In this document: positions 52,557 to 61,974 of the stretch, in pieces
How the letters are laid out: each line of letters opens with the position of its first letter
How positions within the stretch are numbered: the stretch's first letter is position 1
Source of the DNA: an uncultured delta proteobacterium
GTDB lineage: Bacteria; Myxococcota_A; Polyangia; Fen-1088
Assembly: GCA_963796685.1 (NCBI GenBank)
Contig: CAWCMR010000011.1
Location: 96,001-160,000, forward strand
Direction: 5' to 3'
Length of the DNA: 64,000 nt
Made by a program: the position numbers and the translations under genes
Notes under the pieces: generated by a model
What the model was told of the DNA's origin: nothing
What the model saw: only the letters and a program-made list of their open reading frames with translations
Database searches by the model: none

Positions 52557-52989
52557 TCTTTGATAAAAGGGGATGTGAATGACTAGCCTCCGGCCGAAGG
52601 GATCGGTGCCTCACTGCATGGGCACTATCACGTCTACGGATCCCGACGTCACGGCGAGATTGACGTTGGTTCCGAGCAGGACGAGGGTGCCGGCGAAGGT
52701 GCCCGTCAGGTGGCCGAATCCGGCTGCCGGCGGGTCCATCGTGAACAAGCCAGAGCACGCCTGGGGGATGCTCCCCGTCAACCAAGTCCCGGTGGTGTTG
52801 CTCAAGCCGAAACCGAACGTTCCGCTGGCCGACGTCATCCCGCACGTGGTCGCTATGCTGGTCGTGCCCGGCGCAACGTAAATGTCCATGCTCAGCCCCT
52901 GGAAGTCCGGGACCGTGGCGGCGGTGCCGACCAGCGAGATGGCGAGGTTGCTCCCGAGATAGCGATTGTTGTCACCGCCGAGCCCGAGA

Positions 52990-53391
52990 ATGATCGTTCC
53001 CCGCTTCCTCGTGCCGTGGCTGGCGGCCGGGCTGGCTCTCGTGGCCGAGCCCGCGAAGGTCATCGCGGCCGCGGCAGAGCCGGATTTCGATCCGGCCACT
53101 GTCTACGCGGTCCGGTTCCAGCCGCCGGGTGCGGGGCTCGTGGAGACGGTTCGCAGCAACTTCAATTTTCTAGGCGTCAATTTGCTGGGCGGAGCGGTAG
53201 GGGTACGGTTCTCTCGATTGGTGGAGGGGGAAGTCGGAGGGATTCTGATGCAGGGATTGTGTGAGGGTGGAACATCTCTGTTTGCCCGCGCCGGGGTGTC
53301 GCCAAGTCTGCTCAAGGCGCGAGCCGAGGGCACGCATTGGAATCCGGCTTCAACCTGCGCTTGCTGTTCAGCATGGGCCCCGCATGGATGA
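52990..53391 (+). other. Exported protein, probably a fragment or frameshifted beta-barrel
   Basis: Signal-peptide-like MIVPRFLVPWLAAGLALVAEP; an out-of-frame ELGLTIGLVLR* ends at 53482. Confidence 0.35.
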
Positions 53392-53506
53392 AGGAGACCA
53401 GTGCATACGCAGCTAGCGCAACCTGGTCCGACCGGGAGCGGGTCATGGAGCTGGGTCTGACGATCGGCCTCGTTTTGCGATGACCACGTCCTTTCCCTTT
53501 GGCTTC

Positions 53507-54964
53507 CTACTTCATCGTCAACAGTCCGGAGCCGCGGATGTACCTGCCGCCGAACAACATCTCCAGGATGGCTTGAATGCGCTGGTCGAAGATCTGGTGG
53601 CCGCCTAGCGCTTGAATCGCCAGGCGCATGCTGAAGTTGTAGCGCTCGACGATGATCTCCAAATCGAAGGGCTTGGCGCTGTGCATTTCTTCGATGACCT
53701 GCAGATCATGCTTCGCCGCGCGCAGCGCCTTCATCATCAGGATATCGTGGCGTTCGGGCACCCAAACCACGAGGTTGCGAAAGCGCAGGTCCGGCTTGTA
53801 GCGACGCTCTTCGTAGGAGACCGGTGCATAGGGCCCGGGTGCCTGCTCGAGCGGGATCTTGAGTGTCGTGCTGGAAACGAGCCGGACGATGCGCGCGTCG
53901 AACGGCGAAAGGCTGTTGATGTCCTTGGTCGCGCTCCGCGCTCCGTGGGCAAGCAACGCAGCCGCGCCACCGATGATCTCCATCACCACCGGCTCGTGGA
54001 GCATGCCGTCGATTTCGGTGAGAAATGCCAGGATCTGCTCGCGTCCGAAGGTCCTGTTTGTAGCAGCCTCCAGCCTGGCTTGCGGCGAACAGGGCTGGAC
54101 CTCGCTCGCGACCGCAGGGTCTCCGCGGGCCGACGTAAGCTGGGTCAGCACTTCGAGCATCGACGCCTGTCGTTCTGCCGGGGCCTTGGCCATCGCCTGC
54201 AGAATGATGGCTTCCACGGCGGGAGGAAGGTCGACCCGGTAGGTCGTGGGGGCGACGGGCTCGTCGGCGATGTGCTTGCTGATGACGACGAAAAGACCAT
54301 CGCCATCGAAGGGGCGCTTGCCGGCCACCATCTCGTACAAGATCACACCCAGGGAATAGATGTCGCTGCGGGAGTCGATGTCCTTCAGGCTCAGACACTG
54401 CTCGGGCGACATGTAGAGAGGCGTGCCGAGAAGGGCACCGGTTTGGGTCTTGTGGACTTGCTCCAGCGTTCGCCGTTGCAGCTTGGCGATGCCAAAATCC
54501 AGGACCTTCACTTGCTTCCTGCCTGGACGGCGTGGATCCGCGACCAAGAAGAGATTGTCGGGTTTCACATCGCGATGGATCACGCCGTGGGCGTGGGCCG
54601 CGGCCAGCGCCTCGGCCACCTGGCTTCCCCAGTCGAGCACGTCATCCAGCGCGACTGGACCGCGGTCGAGCACCTGCTTGAGCGTTTCACCCTCGAGGTA
54701 CTCCATCACGATGTACGGAGAGCCCCCCTCGATCAGGCCCGAGTCGTAGATGTCCACGATGTTGGGATGGCGAATGGCATTGGCGGCGCGGGCCTCGGTG
54801 ATGAAGCGGCTGACGATCTGCGTATCCTCGGCATCGCCCGCGGACAGCACCTTGATCGCGGCGTGGCGGCCTATGCCGGGATGGACGGCCAGGTACACCC
54901 TTCCCATCCCGCCTTCTGCGATAAGACGCTGGACTTCGTAGTTGCCGATGGTCGTCCCAATCAC
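53507..54964 (-). CDS. Ser/Thr kinase fused to a C-terminal DUF6036-like nucleotidyltransferase domain
   Basis: Kinase motifs EGGMGRVY, AIKVL, HRDVKPDN, DFG and SPE; then IIGGAAALLAHGARSATKDIN, DILMMKALRAAKHDLQ. No TM segment. Confidence 0.85.
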   Translation of the reverse strand: MIGTTIGNYEVQRLIAEGGMGRVYLAVHPGIGRHAAIKVLSAGDAEDTQIVSRFITEARAANAIRHPNIVDIYDSGLIEGGSPYIVMEYLEGETLKQVLDRGPVALDDVLDWGSQVAEALAAAHAHGVIHRDVKPDNLFLVADPRRPGRKQVKVLDFGIAKLQRRTLEQVHKTQTGALLGTPLYMSPEQCLSLKDIDSRSDIYSLGVILYEMVAGKRPFDGDGLFVVISKHIADEPVAPTTYRVDLPPAVEAIILQAMAKAPAERQASMLEVLTQLTSARGDPAVASEVQPCSPQARLEAATNRTFGREQILAFLTEIDGMLHEPVVMEIIGGAAALLAHGARSATKDINSLSPFDARIVRLVSSTTLKIPLEQAPGPYAPVSYEERRYKPDLRFRNLVVWVPERHDILMMKALRAAKHDLQVIEEMHSAKPFDLEIIVERYNFSMRLAIQALGGHQIFDQRIQAILEMLFGGRYIRGSGLLTMK

Positions 54965-55039
54965 GCGCGAATAGGCTGCAGTATCGGCGCGATCCGAACC
55001 GTCTGCAACACGATCCCTGGCAAGGAGAGGCCGCACGCG

Positions 55040-55094
55040 CAGGTTCACGATCTTCTGCCCGCTCGCCGACTGGCGAGACCGGGCCGCTTCCGCG
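55040..55094 (-). pseudogene. Fragment paralogous to the 3' part of the small gene at 58295-58474
   Basis: CAGGTTCACGATCTTCTGCCCGCTCGCCGACTGGCGAGACC resembles 58334-58374. Confidence 0.6.
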
Positions 55095-55192
55095 CCCCGT
55101 GGGGGGGGGCAGAGTCTTCCTCCCCGACCTTGCCAATCGTCGAATGCAGAGCCTGCATTGACTAAACTTCATCTTCTCTGTAGGAACAATGG

Positions 55193-56032
55193 ATGATCTT
55201 CACGCGTACGGCTGCTCCGGTCCTCATGGCCTTGCTTTCCTTGGCGACGGTTGGGTGCGGCTCTTCCGAGAGCGGGGCAGACGGTGCTAGGAGCTCGAAA
55301 GACGGCGGGGTCGTGGGCTCGGGCGGGCAGGTTGGTGGTGGGGGTGATGCGTCCGGCACGGGGGGAGTTGGCGGCAGCTCCACCGGTACCGTTGCGATCA
55401 GCGTGCCCGGCCTCGGCGCCGCTGGATTCAATTACACACAGGGAAGCTATCTCATCGGCTTCGTATTCCGGGCGAACACCGCTATCAGCATCACCCAACT
55501 GGGCTACTACGACTCCAACCTGACCGGCGGCGTTGAGACGTTTCAGCCGCATGCGGTCGGAGTGTACGAGCTGAGCACGCACACTCTTCTGGGGTCGGCG
55601 ACGGTGCAGCCATCCGACCCGGTGACCGGAGTCTTCCACTATGTTTCGCTGACCACTCCCATTGCGCTCAATACGACGGGTACCTACGCGATTGTCGGAG
55701 TCACAGGCACCGACAAGTATTCGGTCGGGATAACTGCAAAGGAGGCGCCGGTGAACGCGGCGATCACCTATTTGAGCGGCGCCGGCTACGGCCCAAGCAA
55801 CAACAACGCCACGATGACCAGCACACTCGTTGAGCCCAACGCCTTCGACGCGGGAAACATCTTCGGTCAGCCTGTTCCGACCGGCACTCTCTGCGACTTC
55901 GGACCCAACTTCATGTTCGTGCCGAGCTCAGGTGGCAGCGATGCTGGCGTGGACACCTCCACCCCAACTCCTTTGGATTCTGCGGCCACCAGCGACAGCC
56001 CGGCCGCCAGCCTGGACAGCTCGACCGGTTAG
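55193..56032 (+). CDS. Lipoprotein with a DUF4082-like beta-sandwich
   Basis: TVGC lipobox, Gly/Ser linker, IGFVFRANTAISITQLGYYD, FGPNF. Confidence 0.7.
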   Translation: MIFTRTAAPVLMALLSLATVGCGSSESGADGARSSKDGGVVGSGGQVGGGGDASGTGGVGGSSTGTVAISVPGLGAAGFNYTQGSYLIGFVFRANTAISITQLGYYDSNLTGGVETFQPHAVGVYELSTHTLLGSATVQPSDPVTGVFHYVSLTTPIALNTTGTYAIVGVTGTDKYSVGITAKEAPVNAAITYLSGAGYGPSNNNATMTSTLVEPNAFDAGNIFGQPVPTGTLCDFGPNFMFVPSSGGSDAGVDTSTPTPLDSAATSDSPAASLDSSTG

Positions 56033-56073
56033 GGCGGAAGGCAGCACAGCCCTCGCCTGTGCTCTTCTCGTGT

Positions 56074-56250
56074 TTCTGGGCAGACTCGCACGCCCCTCAT
56101 TTCGACGAGGCTCGCAGCCGTCCTTCGAGTCGATCCAGGACTTCACTCCAGGGTCTTGCCTCGTTGGCATCACCAGCCCGATGGGCGGCCAAGCGTTCTA
56201 GTGCAGCGGAACCTGATCGGCGCTGGCCACGATCCGATCCCATAGAGCCT
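56074..56250 (-). pseudogene. Decayed copy of an addiction-module antitoxin 3' end plus RelE start
   Basis: Near-identical to ~60029-60225, with an internal deletion and a stop at 56198. Confidence 0.8.
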
Positions 56251-56497
56251 GGTCATGAGCCAGGACATCGCGCAGACCTGCGATGCCTCGCCATTCCACG
56301 ATGGGGTAGCGCCCTCTCACCTCGGCAGGGATCCCTTTCGCTGCCTCTCCCAAGACGAAGAGGTTGAACATGACGGCGTCCAGAATTTGTTGGTTGGAGG
56401 CCAAGCTCGCCGCGTCCGGGATGCCCGTGGCGTATGCGTGCGCCCTTGTGGCCGCAGCGAGCATGTCGCGCAGACGGATGAGGTAGTCACGCGACAT
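56251..56497 (-). pseudogene. HepT/DUF86 HEPN toxin, 3'-truncated and chimeric
   Basis: [13 protein letters not shown]...LGEAAK...[13 protein letters not shown] (RxxxxH), then switches into antitoxin sequence. Confidence 0.8.
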
Positions 56498-56778
56498 GGA
56501 TGGCTTCGCGCTCGACACGCTCACGTAGCTCGGTCCTCAGGGCCCGCTCTGTTACCAAGTCCACGCGGCGACCAAGCAAGTCCTCGAAGAAAGTGCTTCA
56601 GACCCATGTAGTGGCCGAACGTGGCCGCGCCCCGGAAGGACACCAACAGGTCGACGTCGCTCTGCTCGTGGTCCTCGTCGCGAGCCACGGAGCCGAACAG
56701 CAACAGGGACTGCACGTCGAAACGCGGAAGCTCGCCCGCGTGGGACCGAATGGTTTTGATGATTCGCTCGCGTTGCAT
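56487..56778 (-). CDS. MntA-type minimal nucleotidyltransferase antitoxin; +1 frameshift at ~56590
   Basis: [20 protein letters not shown]; C-terminal [12 protein letters not shown]...EAIHVA* in the shifted frame. Confidence 0.8.
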
Positions 56779-56861
56779 GACCTTGGGAAGAGTGTACGTC
56801 GCACGCGATGGAAGGCCAAGGCCAAGGCCAGGCTCGTCGCGGACCTGTCCTTGCCGCCCTC

Positions 56862-56920
56862 TTGACACGTTCGCATATTCCAATAACAATTCGTGTCACT
56901 TGCCCGCCACGGAGGCGCCT
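56862..56920 (+). promoter_or_regulatory. Repeated promoter/leader motif, copy 1
   Basis: TTGACA-16 nt-TAACAATTCGTGTCACTTGCCCGCCACGGAGGCG. Confidence 0.55.
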
Positions 56921-57003
56921 GTAAACACTCGTGGCATACCGCCAAGGCGTCGATATCGCCGCACGGGTGCGAGACGCCCTCTCTGGATCCCTGACGCCAT
57001 CGC

Positions 57004-57991
57004 ATGAACCTGGTCGATTCACTCTGTGCCCACGCGAGCCCGGTGGTTGCCTTTCGGGCAAGGCGGCTGCTCGGCGGCGAGTCGGAGCGCTCGTCCGCCT
57101 TGCGCAAGCTGCGCCGGGCGATCGGCTCGTCGGAGATGGCGACGCGTCTCCTGATGGCTCTGCACGGCGAGCGCTTCAACCCCTACCGCAAGTGGCAGGG
57201 GCCGCACTGGACGTTGTACTCGCTGGCGGAGATCGGGTTCCCTGCCGGGGATCAGAGGCTGCTTCCCCTGCGCCAACGCGTGATCGACTGGATGTTCGCG
57301 CCAGCCTTCCTGAAGGCACCAAGCACGGTGGTCTTCCCAGGCCAGCCCAAACGACCGCGGCACTGCGCATCGATGGAAGGCAACACCCTCTGGTCGCAGC
57401 TCGTGTTGGGCATCGTCGATGACGAGCACGTGCCGCTTCTCGTGGACCGCCTGATCGCCTTCCAGTGGCCGGACGGAGGATGGAACTGCGACAAGCGACA
57501 GGACGCGTGCGTATCCTCCGTGCAAGAGACGCTGCTCCCGCTTCGGGGACTGGCCGCGTGGGCCCGTGCCACGGGAGACGAGCGAGCGCGGGGGGCCGCG
57601 AAGCGCGCGGCGGAGCTCCTGCTCGATCGGCGCCTGCTCTGGCGCAGGCGGGATGGCGTGCTCATCGGGCCCGAGTGGGGAGGTCCCGTCGACAAGGTCC
57701 ACCAAGGTCCACTATCCCATCCGGTTCTACGACGTGCTGAGTGCGCTGCTCGTGATGACGGAGATGGGCGTCGTTCGCGATCGGCGCTGCCAGGATGCCC
57801 TCGATCTCCTGGAACGGAAGCGTCTCGCCGACGGCTCGTTCCCGGTCGAGTGGACCAACGTGAAGCAGGCCGACCGGATCGAGACCCGCGCGACCTTTGC
57901 CGACTGGGGCCCGCTCCACAAGAAGAAGGGCAATCCCCTGGTGACCGTGGACGCGCTCTACGTGCTCAGGGAGGCCGGCCGAGTAGGGTGA
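57004..57991 (+). pseudogene. Prenyltransferase/squalene-cyclase repeat-like protein, frameshifted by a 10-bp duplication
   Basis: YRKWQGPHWTL, QWPDGGWNC, HYP.RFYDVL, LADGSF; CAAGGTCCAC occurs twice in tandem at 57693-57712. Confidence 0.7.
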
Positions 57992-58029
57992 AGCGGAGGT
58001 AGCCACGCGACCTGGTACGGGGCGAAGGT

Positions 58030-58082
58030 CGTGGCTGTGGCCGTGGCCGACGTGATCTTGTTCGGCCAAGGCCACGGCCACG
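58030..58082. repeat. Hexamer-based (GTGGCC/GGCCAC) hairpin
   Basis: Arms 58030-58050 and 58062-58082 are complementary. Confidence 0.75.
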
Positions 58083-58294
58083 TGGACGACCACGAAAACG
58101 ACCGCCCTTCGTCGCTCCTCTGGGGGCAAGCATCGGGCGTGGAAAGGGGGCTCCTTCTGAAGCCGTCACAGCAGAGCCACCGAGGCGACGAGACCGAAGA
58201 AGAAACCTCCGCGCTTCTTGCCGAGCTTCATGACTTTCCGAGGATTGGCCGATGCCTCACCGACCGTGATGCTGCGGGGGAGAACGATTCCTTC

Positions 58295-58474
58295 TTAAGG
58301 CGCCTTCTTGGCCGTCCCGGCACGCCTGGGTGGCAGGTTCACGACCTTCCGTCCGCTCGCCGCCTGGCGAGACCTAGCTGCTTCCGCGATCTTGCGCAGG
58401 TCATCGTTGGACGTCTTCGCAATCGCCTCGCGAATGGCGTGAATCTCCTCGATGATGGGATCGGATAGTGGCAT
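58295..58474 (-). CDS. Small DPIxEEIHxIR protein (probable TA-associated)
   Basis: LSDPIIEEIHAIREAIAK...RQAASGRKVV; fragments recur at 55040 and 59906. Confidence 0.6.
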   Translation of the reverse strand: MPLSDPIIEEIHAIREAIAKTSNDDLRKIAEAARSRQAASGRKVVNLPPRRAGTAKKAP

Positions 58475-58534
58475 CGGCCTAGTCTCTGCCAAGGATGTTG
58501 CCTGTACGGCGGAATGGAATCCAGCAGGGAAATG

Positions 58535-59210
58535 TCATCGAGTGCCGTTCTTCTCGAGGGAGAACCGAACGAGGTCTCCCATATAGACCGCATAGACCTT
58601 GGCAGCCTGCTCATCGACCCAGATATCGTTGGTTCGAAGAGCCAGCCCGTGCAGCACGCGGACGGGCGTGAAGGTAAACTGCTTTAGATCGTAGCGCCCG
58701 ATGACCGACTTCCCCTTCTGCCAGTCAGCCGACGAGGCCCAGATCTTCCCTGAAGCCGTGGCCTGGAGCGGATTCACCAGCTCATACGGCAGCGGCTCGA
58801 AGTTACCTTCAACCTTCTTCACCGCGCCCGATCCCGAATCGAGCAGGTAGTATTCGGCACTCTCCGGGCCCTGGAAATTCCAATCGCTGGGAAGTCCCCG
58901 CGGATCCGCGCGTGCGCGTTTCACCAGGATCCCTCCTGGGGTCGGCAGCATGGGCAGCATCTCATTGGCGGTGGGGATTTCGACGCGGCTCAACTCTCTG
59001 GTCTGAAGGTCGATCCGCGCGAAGTAGCTCGAGTGCCCCCATGAACGGAGATCCGTTTTGTCGACGACGATGGCTCTCCCATCGAGCGAAACAAGCGGCG
59101 TTGACATCTTCCCTGCGACAACCAAGTCGACTTGGCCGCCCGGGGACACGCGCCAGAGCCCCTCTTTCTCCTCTAGCTCGCCAACGATGTACCGGAAACC
59201 GCCGTATTCG
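58535..59210 (-). pseudogene. Beta-propeller protein, 5'-truncated
   Basis: GLWRV, PLVSLDG and IWVDE..KVYAVY.GDLVRF; the N-terminus of the called ORF is really MNT/HEPN DNA. Confidence 0.5.
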
Positions 59211-59219
59211 CTGGCCCCG

Positions 59220-59313
59220 CCATTGCGTCGAACCGCTCGCGCGTTCGGGCTTGTTCCTGGATGGCAGCGATGGCTTCCAGGATGTCGAGCAAGCGGTCGC
59301 AATCGGCTCTCAC
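59220..59313 (-). pseudogene. HepT/DUF86 N-terminal fragment
   Basis: GTG overlapping the MNT stop: RADCDRLLDILEAIAAIQE..., truncated after ~30 codons. Confidence 0.65.
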
Positions 59314-59615
59314 AGGACCACAGCGTCGGCAAGAACCCGCTCACGAAACCGATCGCCGAGGCCCCGCGCACTGACCACGTCGACCCGGCAACCCAGGACG
59401 GCCTCCAGATCCAGCACGAGCTCACCATGGTCCATGAGGCTGCGCCCACTATCAAAGTCGACCACCAGGTCAAGGTCGCTGCCCGCGACCGCATCGCCAC
59501 GGGCGACCGAGCCAAACACCCGCACATTGCGTGCACCATGACGACTCGCCAGCGCGAGTATCTGATCCCTGCGCTCTCGAAGATGGTCGAGCGTCAGTCC
59601 CGGCATCTGCTTCAC
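59310..59615 (-). CDS. MntA-type minimal nucleotidyltransferase
   Basis: HGARNVRVFGSVARGD...SDLDLVV...LGCRVDVV. Confidence 0.9.
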   Translation of the reverse strand: MKQMPGLTLDHLRERRDQILALASRHGARNVRVFGSVARGDAVAGSDLDLVVDFDSGRSLMDHGELVLDLEAVLGCRVDVVSARGLGDRFRERVLADAVVL

Positions 59616-59905
59616 CCGATCACTAGGCTACGCCGCTCCGAGCGCTGGCGCAACTGCCCCACGACGTCGTCGACGTCGTGTCCCCCACGACGTTCGCCGG
59701 AGGTCGGGACGTCGAACCGGCGGCAGCTCACGGGCACGACCATCGGCTCGCGCGCACACGGCGGCCTGGCAGAATCGTCGAAAGCCTTCACGAAGGCCAT
59801 TTGTCGAGGACACGAACACGCAAGCTCATCGAGTGCGCGTGTTCCATGAGGAATCCGAGCACGCCGGTGTCGGGCGAGGATTGGCCCACGGAACACCGGC
59901 CGTGA

Positions 59906-60055
59906 CATCGCCTCGCGAATGGCGTGAATCTCGTCGACGATGGGATCGGATAGCTCGATAAATTCACCACCAAGACCCGACTGTTCGCGGTCGTACCACA
60001 GCGCTGCCTCGAACATGTCCAACTCCGCTTCTGGGCGGACACGGAGCGCTCTCAT
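59906..60055 (-). pseudogene. RelE/ParE toxin N-terminus fused to a DPIVDEIH gene fragment
   Basis: MRALRVRPEAELDMFEAALWYDREQSGLGGEF joined to LSDPIVDEIHAIREAM. Confidence 0.75.
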
Positions 60056-60300
60056 TTCGACGAGGCTCGCAGCCGCCCTTCGAGTCGGTCCAGGACTTCA
60101 CCCCATGGCCTCGCCTCGTTGACATCACCAGCCCGATGGGCGGCCAAGCGTTCCTCAAGGATCTGACGCTGCCACTCGTGCAGCGGAACCTGGTCGGCGC
60201 TGGCCGCGATGCAGTCCCAAAGCGATTGCACATAGTCGATCTTGTCCTCGACCGTGAGCTCGTCGAATCCTGAAGGCGGCATGGGCAATGGCTGGGGCAT
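60052..60300 (-). CDS. Addiction-module antitoxin (TIGR02574-like)
   Basis: FDELTVEDKIDYVQSLWD...EWQRQILEERL...RPWGEV; TATACT 6 nt before the ATG. Confidence 0.88.
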   Translation of the reverse strand: MPQPLPMPPSGFDELTVEDKIDYVQSLWDCIAASADQVPLHEWQRQILEERLAAHRAGDVNEARPWGEVLDRLEGRLRASSK

Positions 60301-60362
60301 GACCAGAGTATACAGCGCCAGGTTCGTGCAAGGCACCGCCTAACGGGCCTTCGTCACTCCTC

Positions 60363-60422
60363 TTGACACGCTCCGCCTCTCCCGATAACAAGCCGTCTCA
60401 CTTGCCCGCCACGGAGGCGCCT
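60363..60422 (+). promoter_or_regulatory. Repeated promoter/leader motif, copy 2
   Basis: TTGACA-17 nt-TAACAAGCCGTCTCACTTGCCCGCCACGGAGGCG. Confidence 0.55.
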
Positions 60423-60428
60423 AAAACC

Positions 60429-60484
60429 ACCTCGCCCCGCGCAGCGGGGAGAGGTCGCCGAGCGCAGCGAGGCGGGTGAGGGGC
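60429..60484. repeat. Single REP-like element
   Basis: CCTCGCCCCGC-GCA-GCGGGGAGAGG...GGGTGAGGGG. Confidence 0.85.
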
Positions 60485-60491
60485 TGCCCCG

Positions 60492-60749
60492 GTGTGGTAC
60501 AGGACGGTCTCGCGGCACGCCTGTTTCCGTTCGTGCGCACCGGCGACAGCGACGAACCCAGGGCCATCGTGGTCGCCCCCCGGATTCTCGTTCGGCAGGC
60601 CGGTCTTGGCGAAAACCGGCATCCCGGCCAGCACGGTGGTCAGTCGCCTCAAGGCTGGAGAGTCCCTGGACTCGATAGCGTCCGACTACGGCATCACCCC
60701 CGAACAAGTCACCGATGCCATCCGCTGCGCACTCCCGGCCGCTGCCTGA
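60492..60749 (+). pseudogene. DUF433 antitoxin C-terminal part (VapB45-like), 5'-truncated
   Basis: FSFGRPVLAKTGIP...RLKAGESLDSIASDYGITPEQVTDAIR. Confidence 0.75.
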
Positions 60750-60908
60750 GCCTTGGGTCTTCTTCCTCGACCGCCCCCTTGGGGCCGCCTGGTGTTCGAA
60801 GCACTGCGCGCCATCGGCGAAACCGTCGAGGCACACGACACCCACTTCTCCAAGAATGCGACTGACGTGGAATGGCGGGGCGTCGTCGGGCGCAAAGAAT
60901 GGGTCTAG
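60742..60908 (+). pseudogene. VapC45-like PIN toxin fragment
   Basis: PEPWVFFLDR.LG, then ALRAIGETVEAHD.HF....DVEW...VG...W* (frameshifted, truncated). Confidence 0.65.
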
Positions 60909-61043
60909 GAGCAAGTAATTCCGGCCTTCACGGGCCGAAGCAAGGAAGACACCTCCTCCTGGCGAAACCGGGAGGAGGTGGCGCCACCGACCATCTTGCT
61001 GGCGCACAGACGGCAGCCCTGGCAGAATCTCTGGGAGACGAAC

Positions 61044-61295
61044 ATGCAGGCCCACCGAGTGCATGTCACCATTCCCGAAGACCACAAGGTCATGATCGAA
61101 GTTCCCGCGGAAGTGCCCACGGGCGACGCCGAGGTAATCGTACTGTCCAGCGCATCCCTGGGCGCGCCCCAGCCTGCCGACACAACCTTCGCCGCGCGTT
61201 TTCGTCCAAACCCGGCCTTGGGGCCGATTGTATTCCATGAGGATCCGACCACGCCATTGTCGGAAGAAGATTGGCCTTCGGATCTGCGGCCGTGA
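61044..61295 (+). CDS. Small putative antitoxin
   Basis: GGAG RBS; HVTIPEDHKVMIEVPAEVPTGDAEVIVL; acidic tail DPTTPLSEEDW; GTGA-coupled to a PIN gene. Confidence 0.7.
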   Translation: MQAHRVHVTIPEDHKVMIEVPAEVPTGDAEVIVLSSASLGAPQPADTTFAARFRPNPALGPIVFHEDPTTPLSEEDWPSDLRP

Positions 61296-61677
61296 CGCCG
61301 GTCGTTCTCGACACCTGCGTGCTTTGGCTCGCCGGCCAGCAGGATTCGCTGAGCGCAAACGCTCGTGGCGTTCTTGCCGACCCGACCGTGGCATTGCACG
61401 TTCCGCCATCTCGGCCTGGGAGATCGCAATCAAGTCGCGGAAGGGGAAGCTTGCGTTACCCAGCGCAACGGAAGCTTGGTGGCAAACCTTCCTAAACAGC
61501 TTCGGCGTGCATGAGGTTGCCGTGACCGGAGCCATCGCGATGGGTGCAGTCGCCGAAGAACTTCCCCACGGAGATCGAGCCGATCGCATAGTTGTGGCAA
61601 CTGCTCGCAGCCTCGGCGCAAAACTTCTGACCGCGGACAAGATCCTGCGAGAGACGATCCCCTTCGTGGTTTGGTAG
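61292..61677 (+). CDS. vapC: PIN-domain toxin; frameshift at ~61403
   Basis: VLDTC..W, SAISAWEIAIK..KGKL, HGDRADRIVVATA, LLTAD. Confidence 0.75.
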
Positions 61678-61732
61678 CGTCGTCGGCGACACCGACAGCA
61701 ACATCGGTGGCCGCCAAGGGCCGGGCATGGTT

Positions 61733-61775
61733 CCCATCCGCGACCATGGTCCGTGCGACGAAGGGGTAGGGTTGT
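61733..61775. repeat. Dispersed ~43-bp repeat; second copy at ~63868-63914
   Basis: CCCATCCGCGACCATGGTCCGTGCGAsGAAGGGGkAGGGTTGTTT occurs twice. Confidence 0.8.
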
Positions 61776-61974
61776 TTTTTTTTGTGACCATCACCGATGT
61801 CCCGGTCATCGCGAGATCCTGACCGCATCGCCGGGGATGGATGCTCTCAGGCTCATCCGCCAATCTCCAGGAGGTACCTGGCGTTCGCGACACTTTGTCG
61901 CGAGGAGTGTCGCGAGAACCGGGCGGCGATGGCGCGAATCGCCTCGCGACAGAGTGTGGTGAGAAGTGTCGCGC

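Noticed and set aside
52611-53099. 162-aa minus-strand CDS
   Set aside because: The C-terminal half looks like a beta-rich protein fragment, but the N-terminus overlaps a plus-strand signal-peptide ORF, so no boundaries can be supported.
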